Below, one piece after another: positions 10,980 to 20,381 of a stretch of 64,000 nucleotides of DNA (position 1 is the stretch's first letter; each line of letters begins with the position of its first letter). Position numbers and translations under genes: made by a program. Origin of the DNA: an uncultured delta proteobacterium (GTDB lineage Bacteria > Desulfobacterota > Binatia > UBA9968); NCBI GenBank assembly GCA_963745835.1, contig CAVUZH010000003.1, forward strand, positions 608,001 through 672,000, written 5' to 3'. The notes beneath the pieces are model-generated. The model worked only from the letters and a program-made list of their open reading frames with translations, was not told where the DNA came from and made no database searches.

Positions 10980-11256
10980 GCGCGCATCCTCCGCCTGAAT
11001 CCAGCTTAAGGAGAAGTCGCGTGCTGTTTCGCCGCGTCAGTCTTTCCGTTCTCTCAGTTACCCTCTTTCACCTGAGCTGTCAACGAAGCGAATGTCGTGC
11101 GGTTTAGTCCAAATTCTTCCCACTACGATTGCACCGAATCACAGACAAACATGTCTATCCCGCCTGCGGGTCTTCGCGAATCAGGCGAAAGTTTCTTTCG
11201 TGCCCCTGCCCTGACAATGATCACAAAGTAATTCTCTGCCCAATTGACCGGCGGCC

Positions 11257-11271
11257 GCAAGGCGTATGCCA
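11257..11271 (-). promoter_or_regulatory. Sigma54-type promoter
   Basis: TGGCAT-ACGCC-TTGC on minus strand, GG-N10-GC. Confidence 0.5.
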
Positions 11272-11562
11272 CAGCACGATTAAACGATTTAATTTTAATA
11301 TAGTGCAGAGCTCAATGCTGGAGAGTCGAGACGTGCCCAAATAGGAGGAGGCGAGACATACTTGGGATAGGCGATCCGAAATCATGCGCGTCAGAGCAGA
11401 ATTGCTCGAACGTCACGGTACGACTACCCTGCATATTCCATCAGGAATCTATCATCATTATTTTTGTCTTGCTTAAACCCACAATCGACAATAAGAGTTG
11501 CGATCGCTAAAAGATCATCGGCCAGCTGGACTTACTGCGTGACATACCAACTGCTCTTAGCC

Positions 11563-11937
11563 GTGGATAAAGATATCGCAAACGATTTTGGTCGTCGAAG
11601 ATGAGGCCGCGAATCTACGATTAATCTCTCTATTTCTTGGGAAGCAAGGTTATCGTGTCCTCCAGGCACGAGATGGTTTAGAGGCTATGGATTTACTAGC
11701 TCAATCAGAGTTGATATTGTCCTGTGTGATCTCAGAATGCCCAGGATGGATGGTATAGCTCTTACGCGGCACATCCTTTCTAAAGTGCCCAATACGCCTG
11801 TGTTGTTGATGACTGCTTACGCAACACAAGATGTTAAAGGCCTGTCAGAACTCCGCGTGCCAGTCGTGAACAAGCCGTTTATGCTGGATCAATTAAGCTC
11901 GGAGATTCAAACTGTACTTAGCTCCCGCGAGATGTGA
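11563..11937 (+). pseudogene. Single-domain response regulator receiver (frameshifted)
   Basis: TILVVEDE...ARDGLEA...DLRMPRMDG...VLLMTAY...KPF across frames. Confidence 0.8.
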
Positions 11938-12188
11938 TCTCGGGGGGAGTGTCATCGCTGGTGTTGGGCTTGACCTTGCCGGTCGTGCAGGTGCCGGTGC
12001 CGATCGCCCAGGCAATGAGGAAGAGATACCGGAGAGATCGCATTGTGTCCTCCAATCACGTGAGAGGCGGGTCCCACGCGGCTGCTCGCTGAGACCAGAA
12101 CTTAGGCTCATCGAGCACTCGTACAAGTCGCAATGTGACCCAAATCAGCGACTAGCATGGTATAGTCGCGGACGACGGCCTTAATCCA

Positions 12189-12320
12189 ATGTGGGCGGGC
12201 GTCCATCGAGTCTTCAAAGACAAACCAGGCGGGCTAGTCGTAGACTATCTTGGACTCGCTGACGAACCTCAAGAAGGCGCTGATCACCTATACCGAAAGC
12301 GGCGGCAACGGAAAGACCGC
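12189..12320 (+). pseudogene. Type I restriction endonuclease HsdR fragment
   Basis: [20 protein letters not shown]-[frameshift][13 protein letters not shown], characteristic of the HsdR C-terminal region. Confidence 0.7.
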
Positions 12321-12415
12321 CTCTTATTTCTGGAAGCCGATTCGCGGGCGCTGGGCCACGGGGCAGCTAAGAAGTCGGCCGGGGCGCTTTTAACGTCGTA
12401 AGCGTCAACCCTTAA

Positions 12416-13402
12416 ATGCCAAAAACACAATCAGTTATATCCGCCAAAAGAGCGGCTAGGATTCAGTTCGTCGAGCCAATGTACCCTCACCTCGTCCAGC
12501 AGCTACCGGACGGCAAAGACTGGCTCTATGAAGTGAAGTTCGACGGTTATCGTTGCCTAGCGGCAAGGGACGCCGCCGGAGTCACGTTGTGGTCCCGGCG
12601 CGGTAATGACTTCACAGCCCAGTTCCCGGCTATTGCCAAAGCATGTGAACTGCTTCCGCCGCGTACGCTACTTGACGGCGAAATAGTAGCCATCGACGAG
12701 AACGGTCGTATATCGTTCAATCTGCTTCAACATCATCGCTCGCGAGCACAAGCATTGTTGTTCTATACGTTTGATGTACTGATCCATCGGGGGATCAACC
12801 TAATCAACGAGCCACTTTCGAAACGGCGTGAAGTGCTGAGCGATATTATGAAACCGCTTATCCCGAAAAGCATCGGTAGTTTCGCTGTCTGAGAGCATCG
12901 AAGCAATACCAGTCGAACTAATTAGCGTCGTCCAAGAGTTCGGCTTCGAGGCCGTCATCGCCAAGTGCAAAGACTCCTGCTACGAGGTCGGCAAACGCAG
13001 CGGCGCCTGGTTAAAGTACAAGGTTAACAAATCGCAAGAGTTCGTTATCGGTGGCTATACGCAGGGTAATCCGCTCGATGCGGTGATCGTCGGCTACTAC
13101 GACGACCAGAAGCTGATCTATGCGGCGAAGGTGAGAAACGGTTTTGTGCCGCGATTGCGTCGTGAAGTTTGACAGAAGTTGAAAGGATTCGAGATCACCG
13201 CATGTCCATTCGTCAACCTACCTGAAAAGAAGCGCACTCAATTTTCGCTCACCCGTGAAGAAATGAAGAATTGCATCTGACTTAAGCCTAGGTTAGTGGC
13301 GCAGATCGAGTTTACCGAGTGGACACCGGATGGTCATCTGCGGCATTCAAAGTTGTCTGTTTGCGATACGACAAAGACCCGCGTGACATTGTGCGGGAGT
13401 AG
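12416..13402 (+). pseudogene. ligD: ATP-dependent DNA ligase (LigD ligase-domain type), disrupted
   Basis: EVKFDGYR, LDGEIV, FDVL, WLKYK, EFVIGGY, VAQIEFTEWT..GHLRH; frameshift near 12865, TGA stops at 13170 and 13278. Confidence 0.88.
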
Positions 13403-13706
13403 CAATACAGCCCTGTTCTTTTCCTCATCCGCAACGATGCAATAGCGTCTACTCCATCGGCTCGTGAGTACCCCTTCGTTGCAATAGCCCTCGCGGTAGG
13501 GGGCAGGGAATTACTTCAGCCCAAGTTCATTGCCTAAGGGGAACGGCTATTTCGCCGATGTGAGGATTTAGATTGACGCCAGATTTTGGTGATGCTATGC
13601 ATTTTTTGGCATCGCTTGTTATTTCTTGTACATTTTAGCTGTCGGCCCGCACCCCGCAAGATGCGTCCATGATTAAACCGAGAAGGCGCCGCAAACGGAA
13701 ACCACG

Positions 13707-13910
13707 GTGGCAATATCAATTGGAGATCCCCAACAGAAGCTCTTGGCTTCAGCTCATTTAGAAGCTGATAAAGAGGAGCAGGAACATATTTGGCGCGAGC
13801 TGCTACAAAAGCAGCTTGGCGAGCATCGGCTAAATCTTTATTGTCCTGAACAACCTCAGAAACAACCAATGCTGGCGAAGATTCGTGGAGATGGAGGCAA
13901 AGCAGCTTGA
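13707..13910 (+). CDS. Small hypothetical protein
   Basis: 67-aa ORF, hydrophilic. Confidence 0.35.
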   Translation: MAISIGDPQQKLLASAHLEADKEEQEHIWRELLQKQLGEHRLNLYCPEQPQKQPMLAKIRGDGGKAA

Positions 13911-13943
13911 CATGTTTTTTCTGCCTAAAATAAGAACCGGAGC

Positions 13944-14027
13944 ATGGATCACTATGAAATATTGCTGTGGGTCATCGCGTTCGCCCTGCCTTGCCTAGTG
14001 GAATGGCTGGTGAACGGTTTCCAGTGA
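13944..14027 (+). CDS. Putative 27-aa membrane peptide
   Basis: GGAG immediately upstream; MDHYEILLWVIAFALPCLVEWLVNGFQ. Confidence 0.35.
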   Translation: MDHYEILLWVIAFALPCLVEWLVNGFQ

Positions 14028-14072
14028 ATACTTCGAGCCATCTGTTTTCTTTCCCGGTTGCTAAATAGCCTG

Positions 14073-14204
14073 ATGCGCGAGAACTGGAAAGATATGCTCT
14101 TTGTATTTGCGGTCGCCGCTCTTGCGTTCCTGATGAATTACTATGTCGTCAGTTACAGAGCTGCTCAGCGACCCGCTGCAGTAATCCAGGAGCGCGGCAA
14201 ATAA
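14073..14204 (+). CDS. Putative 43-aa single-TM peptide
   Basis: MRENWKDMLFVFAVAALAFLMNYYVVSYRAAQRPAAVIQERGK. Confidence 0.45.
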   Translation: MRENWKDMLFVFAVAALAFLMNYYVVSYRAAQRPAAVIQERGK

Positions 14205-14321
14205 CCTACTTCATTTAGTACAGAACCGCCGCCGCTCGATGAGCCTGTCACCATCCCTTACAGGCCAACATCCAAGAAAACGACCGTCACGCTATCTAGG
14301 ATTAGGAGCGCGCTTTCTCGG

Positions 14322-14483
14322 ATGCATAGACGCAAGCAGCCGCTGGTATACGCGGAGGCAAGACGTGACCATCTGCCGCTGGTGCGTGCCGCCGAGAAGC
14401 AGTTCGGGAGTTGGGGTAAGGCGTTGTATGCGGCAGGGATTGACCCAAACTTGTATTATGTTCGTCACAAGTGGCTGCCTTGA
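14322..14483 (+). pseudogene. Fragment with homing-endonuclease-associated repeat motif
   Basis: AAEKQFGSWGKALYAAGIDP matches the FGSWxxAL.AAG repeat pattern. Confidence 0.55.
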
Positions 14484-14806
14484 CTTACAGCCGCCCGTAG
14501 AGATATATACCCCGCCTCGTACTGACGCAGAGAAAATGCGGATGACGCGTTTCTGGGAAGAAAACAGGTTAATTAGAGGATGACATCCACAGACACCGTG
14601 CTTCGGGAAGTTCTCGTCATACTTAAAGAGGAACAAGCTTGTCTTGAACTCTGGTTTAAGGATAAGTGGGTTAACGAAGACGTGCGCCGGGGCATTGAGA
14701 TCTCTCTAACAAAGATCAGTGAGGCCCTGGAAAAACTTGCTGCATTGGAAAAAGGGAATTGTCATCGCCGAACAGAAAGTCCGGCAAACCTGTAAACCTC
14801 AGCGAA
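14484..14806 (+). repeat. Copy 2 of ~320-bp internal repeat
   Basis: Aligns with 9953-10273. Confidence 0.9.
14580..14795 (+). CDS. Small helical hypothetical protein (intact copy inside the repeat)
   Basis: 71 aa, two amphipathic helices; paralogous broken copy at about 10049-10262. Confidence 0.55.
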   Translation: MTSTDTVLREVLVILKEEQACLELWFKDKWVNEDVRRGIEISLTKISEALEKLAALEKGNCHRRTESPANL

Positions 14807-15135
14807 AGCTAGGCAGCATTACCCGTCGAACTTAACCTCGTAAAGCCAGTCTCATTCAGGCGCATCGCCTTTTATTCGTTAACGCAAACCTTCAAAATGT
14901 TAAAAAGTTCCGGCGGGCGTACTCTTGCGCATTGGGACGATCATGCTTGCGCATAAGACGGAATTACAATTTGGATTCAATGGACTTTATCCTAAGAGTA
15001 GCCGCGCTTGTGGAGCATTATCGGCTCTGGTTCTTTGGTTTCGCCATAATCGCAAATTCTCCCTTTAACGATTAAGAAGCTGAAATCAATTTCAATGTCA
15101 CTGGCAAATTGTGAGTCCGCTTAGCAGCGTACTCC

Positions 15136-15498
15136 TTAGTATTCTCGTTGGCGCTTCATGCGCTGCAGCTCTTGCCGTTGACGCTCGACTTCAGCCTGGT
15201 TCGCTTGGATCTGCTGCTGTTGCTGCTGATTGGTATTTTCTTGACCTTGTAGTTGATCGCCGACCAACGCCCCAGCACCTAGCCCGAGGACTCCGCCGAT
15301 AGCAGCTCCAGCACCAGTATGTCCAACCGCACTTCCGATCAGCGCTCCAGCACCTGCACCTCCTACTGCACCTATCCCTGCGCCCTTTTCTCTTGTCGTG
15401 AGTGATCCGCCAGAACAGCCGCTTATGACCACGAACACGATTAGTTCAATCACGAACAAGGACGATCTGTGACCTAGTATCGATCTAGATATTTTCAT
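15136..15498 (-). CDS. Glycine-zipper lipoprotein
   Basis: ISGC lipobox, GAGIGAVGGAGAGALIG glycine zipper, Gln-rich coiled coil. Confidence 0.85.
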   Translation of the reverse strand: MKISRSILGHRSSLFVIELIVFVVISGCSGGSLTTREKGAGIGAVGGAGAGALIGSAVGHTGAGAAIGGVLGLGAGALVGDQLQGQENTNQQQQQQIQANQAEVERQRQELQRMKRQREY

Positions 15499-15626
15499 GG
15501 TTTTTACCAGGGGCTCCTTTTATGATTTTTCGAGAGAACTAAGGTGGGCTTCGTCAGCACCTTTATCTTTCCTATAAAGCCAATCTAGTACACATTCCTA
15601 TTCCTTTGCCGCCAGCAATTGAGCTA

Positions 15627-16202
15627 CTAATGCGACGATCGCGTCCAAGTTGTGCCATTCTGCCATTCGATCCGATCGCGTTTGACATCGCCTCTTAATC
15701 CGCCCTCCCAATCCAAGGCGCGTATATCGCCATCATGATCTGTTTGTAATCGGGTCGTATGGCCCCGCTCGTTTCTCGCCTGAAGTCCGTCACGAGAAGA
15801 TATGATCTCAACGCGCTTGCGGCTATCGCCGTTCAGATACCACGTCCCGGCCAAATTCTGGCCACGAGACGGCGTTCGCGTCCACATCGTCCCATTGGCC
15901 CATTCGATTCGATCCCGTTTAATATGCCCGCGCAGTCCACCCTCCCAGTCGAGAGCGCGGACATTGCTGCCACGAGTTTCCAACCGGCTGCTATCGCCAT
16001 GTTCGTTTCTAGCTTGAAGGCCCTTGCGCGACGAATGGATCTCAACAGGCTTCTGCCGTTCGCCATTCGAGTACCATCTACCCACTAAGTTCTCTTCACG
16101 CCCATCCGCTCTCCCTTTGCCATAGGGCTGGGCGGAAGCCACACAAGGAGCAGCTAAAAGAGCGGACAGCACACCAACACAGACCAACTTTATTTGTCTC
16201 AT
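15627..16202 (-). CDS. Secreted protein with two tandem ~73-aa beta-rich repeats
   Basis: Signal peptide; repeats NL.G.WY.NG...ALDWEGGLRG..KRDRIEW.NGT.WTR; strong RBS. Confidence 0.85.
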   Translation of the reverse strand: MRQIKLVCVGVLSALLAAPCVASAQPYGKGRADGREENLVGRWYSNGERQKPVEIHSSRKGLQARNEHGDSSRLETRGSNVRALDWEGGLRGHIKRDRIEWANGTMWTRTPSRGQNLAGTWYLNGDSRKRVEIISSRDGLQARNERGHTTRLQTDHDGDIRALDWEGGLRGDVKRDRIEWQNGTTWTRSSH

Positions 16203-16697
16203 GCTTTCCTCCCTCAGAGATCCCCCAGGACAATCTACCGACTACTCTCCGCTGCGCCGATCTTAAAAGTCTTTCCGATTAGCTTAGTGAAGCAGCCGCC
16301 GATGTTTCCTTTGGTAACTCCAATGATCGGCGAGCCGTCGGCAGTGACTGAGCGGAGGGACTACGTGTGGCGTACCGACGCACAGCAATTCCCACTGTCA
16401 AAACCAATCTATATAGCGACATTCTTTGCTCATGGGATCACCGGAGTTACCCGTTGGTCTGTAAGCGCAAGGAAAATGCCAGGGTAAAATCTGCCGTTCA
16501 ATGGGGATTGATTGATCTTGTGGAAGCGTACGAGATTACGTTCCGATCAACCCATTACAGATCAGTACGCCGTCATACAACCTGAGCGAAGTTGCCACGG
16601 CAATTCAGACAAAAATGTTCGTTCTCCGGTGAAACACCCGGCTAGTGAGGGTTAGTTCCGGGTATCTTCTTCGTGATTTGTCTTTCTGCTCCTAGCG

Positions 16698-16712
16698 GGG
16701 CACGGCTGTTGC
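16698..16712 (+). promoter_or_regulatory. Sigma54-type promoter
   Basis: GGGCAC-GGCTG-TTGC upstream of the 16860 ORF. Confidence 0.4.
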
Positions 16713-16859
16713 TGTTTGCAGTTTGCCTAGTGCCGAGGGGCTTGGCGTTTCCGGATCGATCCAATGCGGCGAAGGAGGCAAATAGGAGCGCGAGCGCAGC
16801 CGTTAACAATTTGGCCGAAAAAACGTCTTTCAGTTCAACTGGAACAGAGGGAGCGTTTT

Positions 16860-17024
16860 ATGAAGGATATCTTGGGCACACTAATGGCGGCTCTTCTCGT
16901 TATCTTGTCTTTGATTACGTTGCTCAGGGCGGAACACAATTGGGAACCTAGCAACGAGCCGGTCCTCCGCAACACCGAAAGAGTTTCGGATCTCGGTCTG
17001 CGGTTGGCCTTGAAGAACCATTAG
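16860..17024 (+). CDS. Small single-TM protein
   Basis: GAGGGAG RBS; MKDILGTLMAALLVILSLITLL... Confidence 0.55.
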   Translation: MKDILGTLMAALLVILSLITLLRAEHNWEPSNEPVLRNTERVSDLGLRLALKNH

Positions 17025-17514
17025 TACGAATCCCTTAGATCCACTCCGAAGAATAGCCCTCGCAGCAAGTATTTAACCGGAAGACGCGAAAGACCGCGCA
17101 AATGGCACTGTCTAGCTTTAATCCGACGCGAGTTGAGACCTAACGTCTTTGATGGGTAACGCGAACGACTTTGCCATCATCGCGTAATTTTTTCTCTGCC
17201 AACTTGCCGAACCGACACGTTTATTACCTCCGACTCCACGAAAATGCCTTCCTTTATTCTGGTATAGGCGTTGCGCACATATCGCACTCGACGTTGATGC
17301 TATGAACTGATTACCCCAAGTGGTCACCATGGGTGTCAGGGAGCAAATGGTGAAACCGGCAACAGTCGCGGTCGCTTACTTTGCCTCCCTAAACCCTTGG
17401 TCGTTCACGGGGAATGATCCATCTGCACAACAAGCATCAACGGCATAAAGCCGCGTCGAACCCGGTTTATAGGGAATTTTGAGACGGCTGACGTAGCAGG
17501 CGAATGTTATTTAG

Positions 17515-17952
17515 GTGGTTAACATGCAGCAAACCTCAACGAGAGCGTTTTTATTGGTTGCACTTAGTTTGGTCCATCTGAATGGCTGCGCTGCTCCTTT
17601 GGCGCTGACTCTTCTCGGCGTGGGTGCCGGCGTAACAACCGGTACAGCAGTTTCATACACTATGGACGGGATTGCCTACCGAACTTTTACAGCACCCCTT
17701 CCACAGGTCGAGCGGGCTACGCTAACGGCGCTAAATGATATGGGACTGGCTATCGAGGGCACAGAGAAGACTGACGAAGGAAAAGCGATAAAAGCCAAGG
17801 GACTTGAGCGTCAGATCGAGATTGAACTACAGGCCATAAGCTCCAAGACGACCCGAATCCGCACGGTTGCCAAGGATGGAATATTTTTTAAAGACCGAGC
17901 GACTGCTACGGAGATCATTTTACAGACCGAAAGAATTCTTGGAAAAGCGTAA
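17515..17952 (+). CDS. DUF3568-like lipoprotein
   Basis: LNGC lipobox, Gly/Ala segment, C-terminal alpha/beta domain ending D.ATA.EII. Confidence 0.75.
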   Translation: MVNMQQTSTRAFLLVALSLVHLNGCAAPLALTLLGVGAGVTTGTAVSYTMDGIAYRTFTAPLPQVERATLTALNDMGLAIEGTEKTDEGKAIKAKGLERQIEIELQAISSKTTRIRTVAKDGIFFKDRATATEIILQTERILGKA

Positions 17953-17970
17953 ATACAAAGGAGGTTATCT

Positions 17971-18795
17971 ATGAAAAAAGTCCCCCACTTTTTTGCGATC
18001 GCCGTTTCGTTAGTGATCGTGGCAGCGGCTCCGGCACCGAACTTTGCTCAGACATCTTCTGGGAGTAGCACGCCAGCGACCAACATCAGCAATGACTACA
18101 GCTACTTCCTTAAGAACGTTGATTCGAAGCAGGTCGTAAACGACCTTAGAAACGGGCAGTGGACCACCACTACTACAGACCCTCAGACGAATGTGTCGAC
18201 GACCACTACCGAGGCTCTTCCAACCGGGAAGATGGGATTCGGAAATGTGAAGATTTCCTTGGCTCTAGCCCAGGAGAGCCTAAGGCAGCAAAACATCATG
18301 CAACCGACATCTGAGCAGCTTCACACCTCTTTGGTGGGCGGGCAGATGGTTCCGGGCGACTCCACGACCACGACCAATGGCATTCTCCAGATGCGCGCCG
18401 AAGGAATGGGTTGGGGACAAATTGCACAAAAGTATGATGTCAAACTTGGTCAGCTCATGAGCGGCAAGCAGCCTGCGTCGACGACAACTACCAGTACGAC
18501 GAGTACGACTACGACCAGCAGTGGAAAGTCGTCGACTACCGCGACAGGTAAAGGCAATGGCAAGGGCATTTCCGGAAGCAATTCTCAGGAAAACGGAATT
18601 GTCAGCGCCTCGGGCCGGACCTCCGGCACATCCTCTAGTTCCACGAATCAGGGTGGCCGCGGCATTGTGAGCGGGTCCGGTCGATCCGTCGGCCATACCA
18701 GCGGGATTGTTACTGGGGCCGGCAATGGGCATCAACATGGCGCATCGGGAGGTGGTCAAGGTAACAGCGGAGGACATGGCAAGGGTCCGAAATAG
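17971..18795 (+). CDS. Secreted low-complexity (Thr/Ser/Gly) protein
   Basis: Signal peptide, MGFGNVKISLALA, MRAEGMGWGQIA, Gly-rich tail; strong RBS. Confidence 0.85.
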   Translation: MKKVPHFFAIAVSLVIVAAAPAPNFAQTSSGSSTPATNISNDYSYFLKNVDSKQVVNDLRNGQWTTTTTDPQTNVSTTTTEALPTGKMGFGNVKISLALAQESLRQQNIMQPTSEQLHTSLVGGQMVPGDSTTTTNGILQMRAEGMGWGQIAQKYDVKLGQLMSGKQPASTTTTSTTSTTTTSSGKSSTTATGKGNGKGISGSNSQENGIVSASGRTSGTSSSSTNQGGRGIVSGSGRSVGHTSGIVTGAGNGHQHGASGGGQGNSGGHGKGPK

Positions 18796-18825
18796 CGGTC
18801 AAGTCTAATAGAGGAGAAAAAAACC

Positions 18826-19140
18826 ATGAATGCTACTTTTATAAAATTATCAGCTGTGGCAATTGCGTTCAGCATGAGCGTGGCGATTCCGGCCGCTTAC
18901 TCACAAGGAAAAGGGAAAGGTAAAGAAAAGGGAAAGCAGAACGTCGATGCAAAAGAGAAACATGGCCGTGAGGCGGGCGAACTTCCGCATGGTCTTGAAC
19001 AGTTCTCCGAAAAAAAGGGCACCCTCCCGTCAGGATTGCAGAAAAAGAAGGACGACGATGGGACGCTTACGCACGGTCTCGATGGTGGTGGCAAGAAGCT
19101 AGACTTGACCACCAAAGGGAAAAAGGTTTCCAAAAAATAG
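18826..19140 (+). CDS. Small secreted Lys-rich protein (LP.GL repeats)
   Basis: Signal peptide, KGKGK, LPHGL/LPSGL/LTHGL. Confidence 0.75.
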   Translation: MNATFIKLSAVAIAFSMSVAIPAAYSQGKGKGKEKGKQNVDAKEKHGREAGELPHGLEQFSEKKGTLPSGLQKKKDDDGTLTHGLDGGGKKLDLTTKGKKVSKK

Positions 19141-19354
19141 TCCGGCACATCCTAATGGAATGGACTTCCATGGTGATGTGAATTGCTTGAGCGCTGCATC
19201 CCGGAAAAGACCAACTGCGCCAGAATAATGTGTTTTCTGAGTTGTGTATTCCCGGCGTGCAACCCGCGGCGTAAAAAACTTATTCAGAACACCGGGTACC
19301 GTGCGGAAAGGTGCGTCGGTGTTTTTTTATTCAGCCGAGTTTAGGTCTGATATT

Positions 19355-19369
19355 TGGCACCGCCCATGC
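19355..19369 (+). promoter_or_regulatory. Sigma54-type promoter
   Basis: TGGCAC-CGCCC-ATGC, GG-N10-GC, ~50 bp before ATG at 19422. Confidence 0.5.
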
Positions 19370-19421
19370 GGTCATCAAACGAGAGCGTACGAAGTCGCCA
19401 TATCGGTCTGAGGGAAGCTCT

Positions 19422-19691
19422 ATGCTCGTCATTATTGGACTCGCGCGCACTGACTATGACCAACTGCTGCAGAACGTCCCTCCCGAGGCTCCAGCGTTTA
19501 CGGTTCTCCGCCGCTGCCCCGAACTCGCCCGATGGGGACGTGAAGAACCGCTGTTCAAGTGCGTGATCATAGAGTGCAATCCAGACGAAGCCACACTGCT
19601 TTTAGAAGCCGCTAAGCAGCATTGTCCGGAAGCCGTGCCGAACATTGAGTACGGATTTAAACTCTCACGGAACTTCGCCGTGTTCAGTTAA
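19422..19691 (+). CDS. Hypothetical protein
   Basis: GAGGGA RBS; 89 aa. Confidence 0.6.
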   Translation: MLVIIGLARTDYDQLLQNVPPEAPAFTVLRRCPELARWGREEPLFKCVIIECNPDEATLLLEAAKQHCPEAVPNIEYGFKLSRNFAVFS

Positions 19692-19765
19692 GCTTACTTG
19701 CCCAAGAATGATAAGTAGCTTTCCTATAGATCGAGACCGCTAAAACGTTACCGTAGGAGGAAGTT

Positions 19766-20023
19766 ATGAATGACCTATTAACTTTATTTGGCGCAATCAC
19801 CGCCGGTTTCTATTTCGTCATGTTACTTACCCCCGCCTTTGCGGCCAGGAAGCTCAAGACACCTCATGCATCGTGGATTTTTTGGGGCGGACTTCTGTCC
19901 GGCACCATGTCCCTGGTGTTTCTTTCTTACCTCAAGATGTGGGTGGTGTTTTTCGCGTGGGTCGGCTTGATGGTCTGGGCTGGATCCGATGTTCAAATTA
20001 GAAAAGGCGAAGCGATAGACTAA
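19766..20023 (+). CDS. Small membrane protein (about 3 TM)
   Basis: AGGAGG RBS; hydrophobic segments. Confidence 0.65.
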   Translation: MNDLLTLFGAITAGFYFVMLLTPAFAARKLKTPHASWIFWGGLLSGTMSLVFLSYLKMWVVFFAWVGLMVWAGSDVQIRKGEAID

Positions 20024-20169
20024 ATTCTTTGAGATAGCGCGCCACTCCATCCGCTGTATTGCTGACGCTGGAATGTCATTACAAGACGCTTAGTTTAAGA
20101 AAATTGGAGGAGCGCGCGGTATATCAGCGTATTCTGGATCCCACGGCACATCGCACCCCGGGTTCCCAG

Positions 20170-20310
20170 CCACTCACCATTCCCGACACCTTGACGCTGC
20201 CTGAGAAGCGAACCCAGCAAGTGCCGGCTGTCGTTCCGTCCCACGGCACTGGCGGTATCGACGGTCGTGCTGCATACCACGCGATCGCTCGACGTCGATA
20301 TCTTGACGCC
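20170..20310 (+). pseudogene. Dienelactone-hydrolase-like fragment
   Basis: LTLPE....VPAVVPSHGTGGIDGR resembles the PAVV..HG.GG motif; rest of gene missing. Confidence 0.4.
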
Positions 20311-20381
20311 AGACGTTTTATAGACCAGCCTTTTACCTATGGCCCTCAAATCTGCAGAAAGCGCGTAGAACAGAAAGCTCG

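Noticed and set aside
13170-13280. Two in-frame TGA codons in the ligase at probable Trp positions (recoding?)
   Set aside because: The gene also has frameshifts, TGG is used normally, TGA ends many genes in the window, and there is no Cys context or SECIS; ordinary TGG>TGA decay
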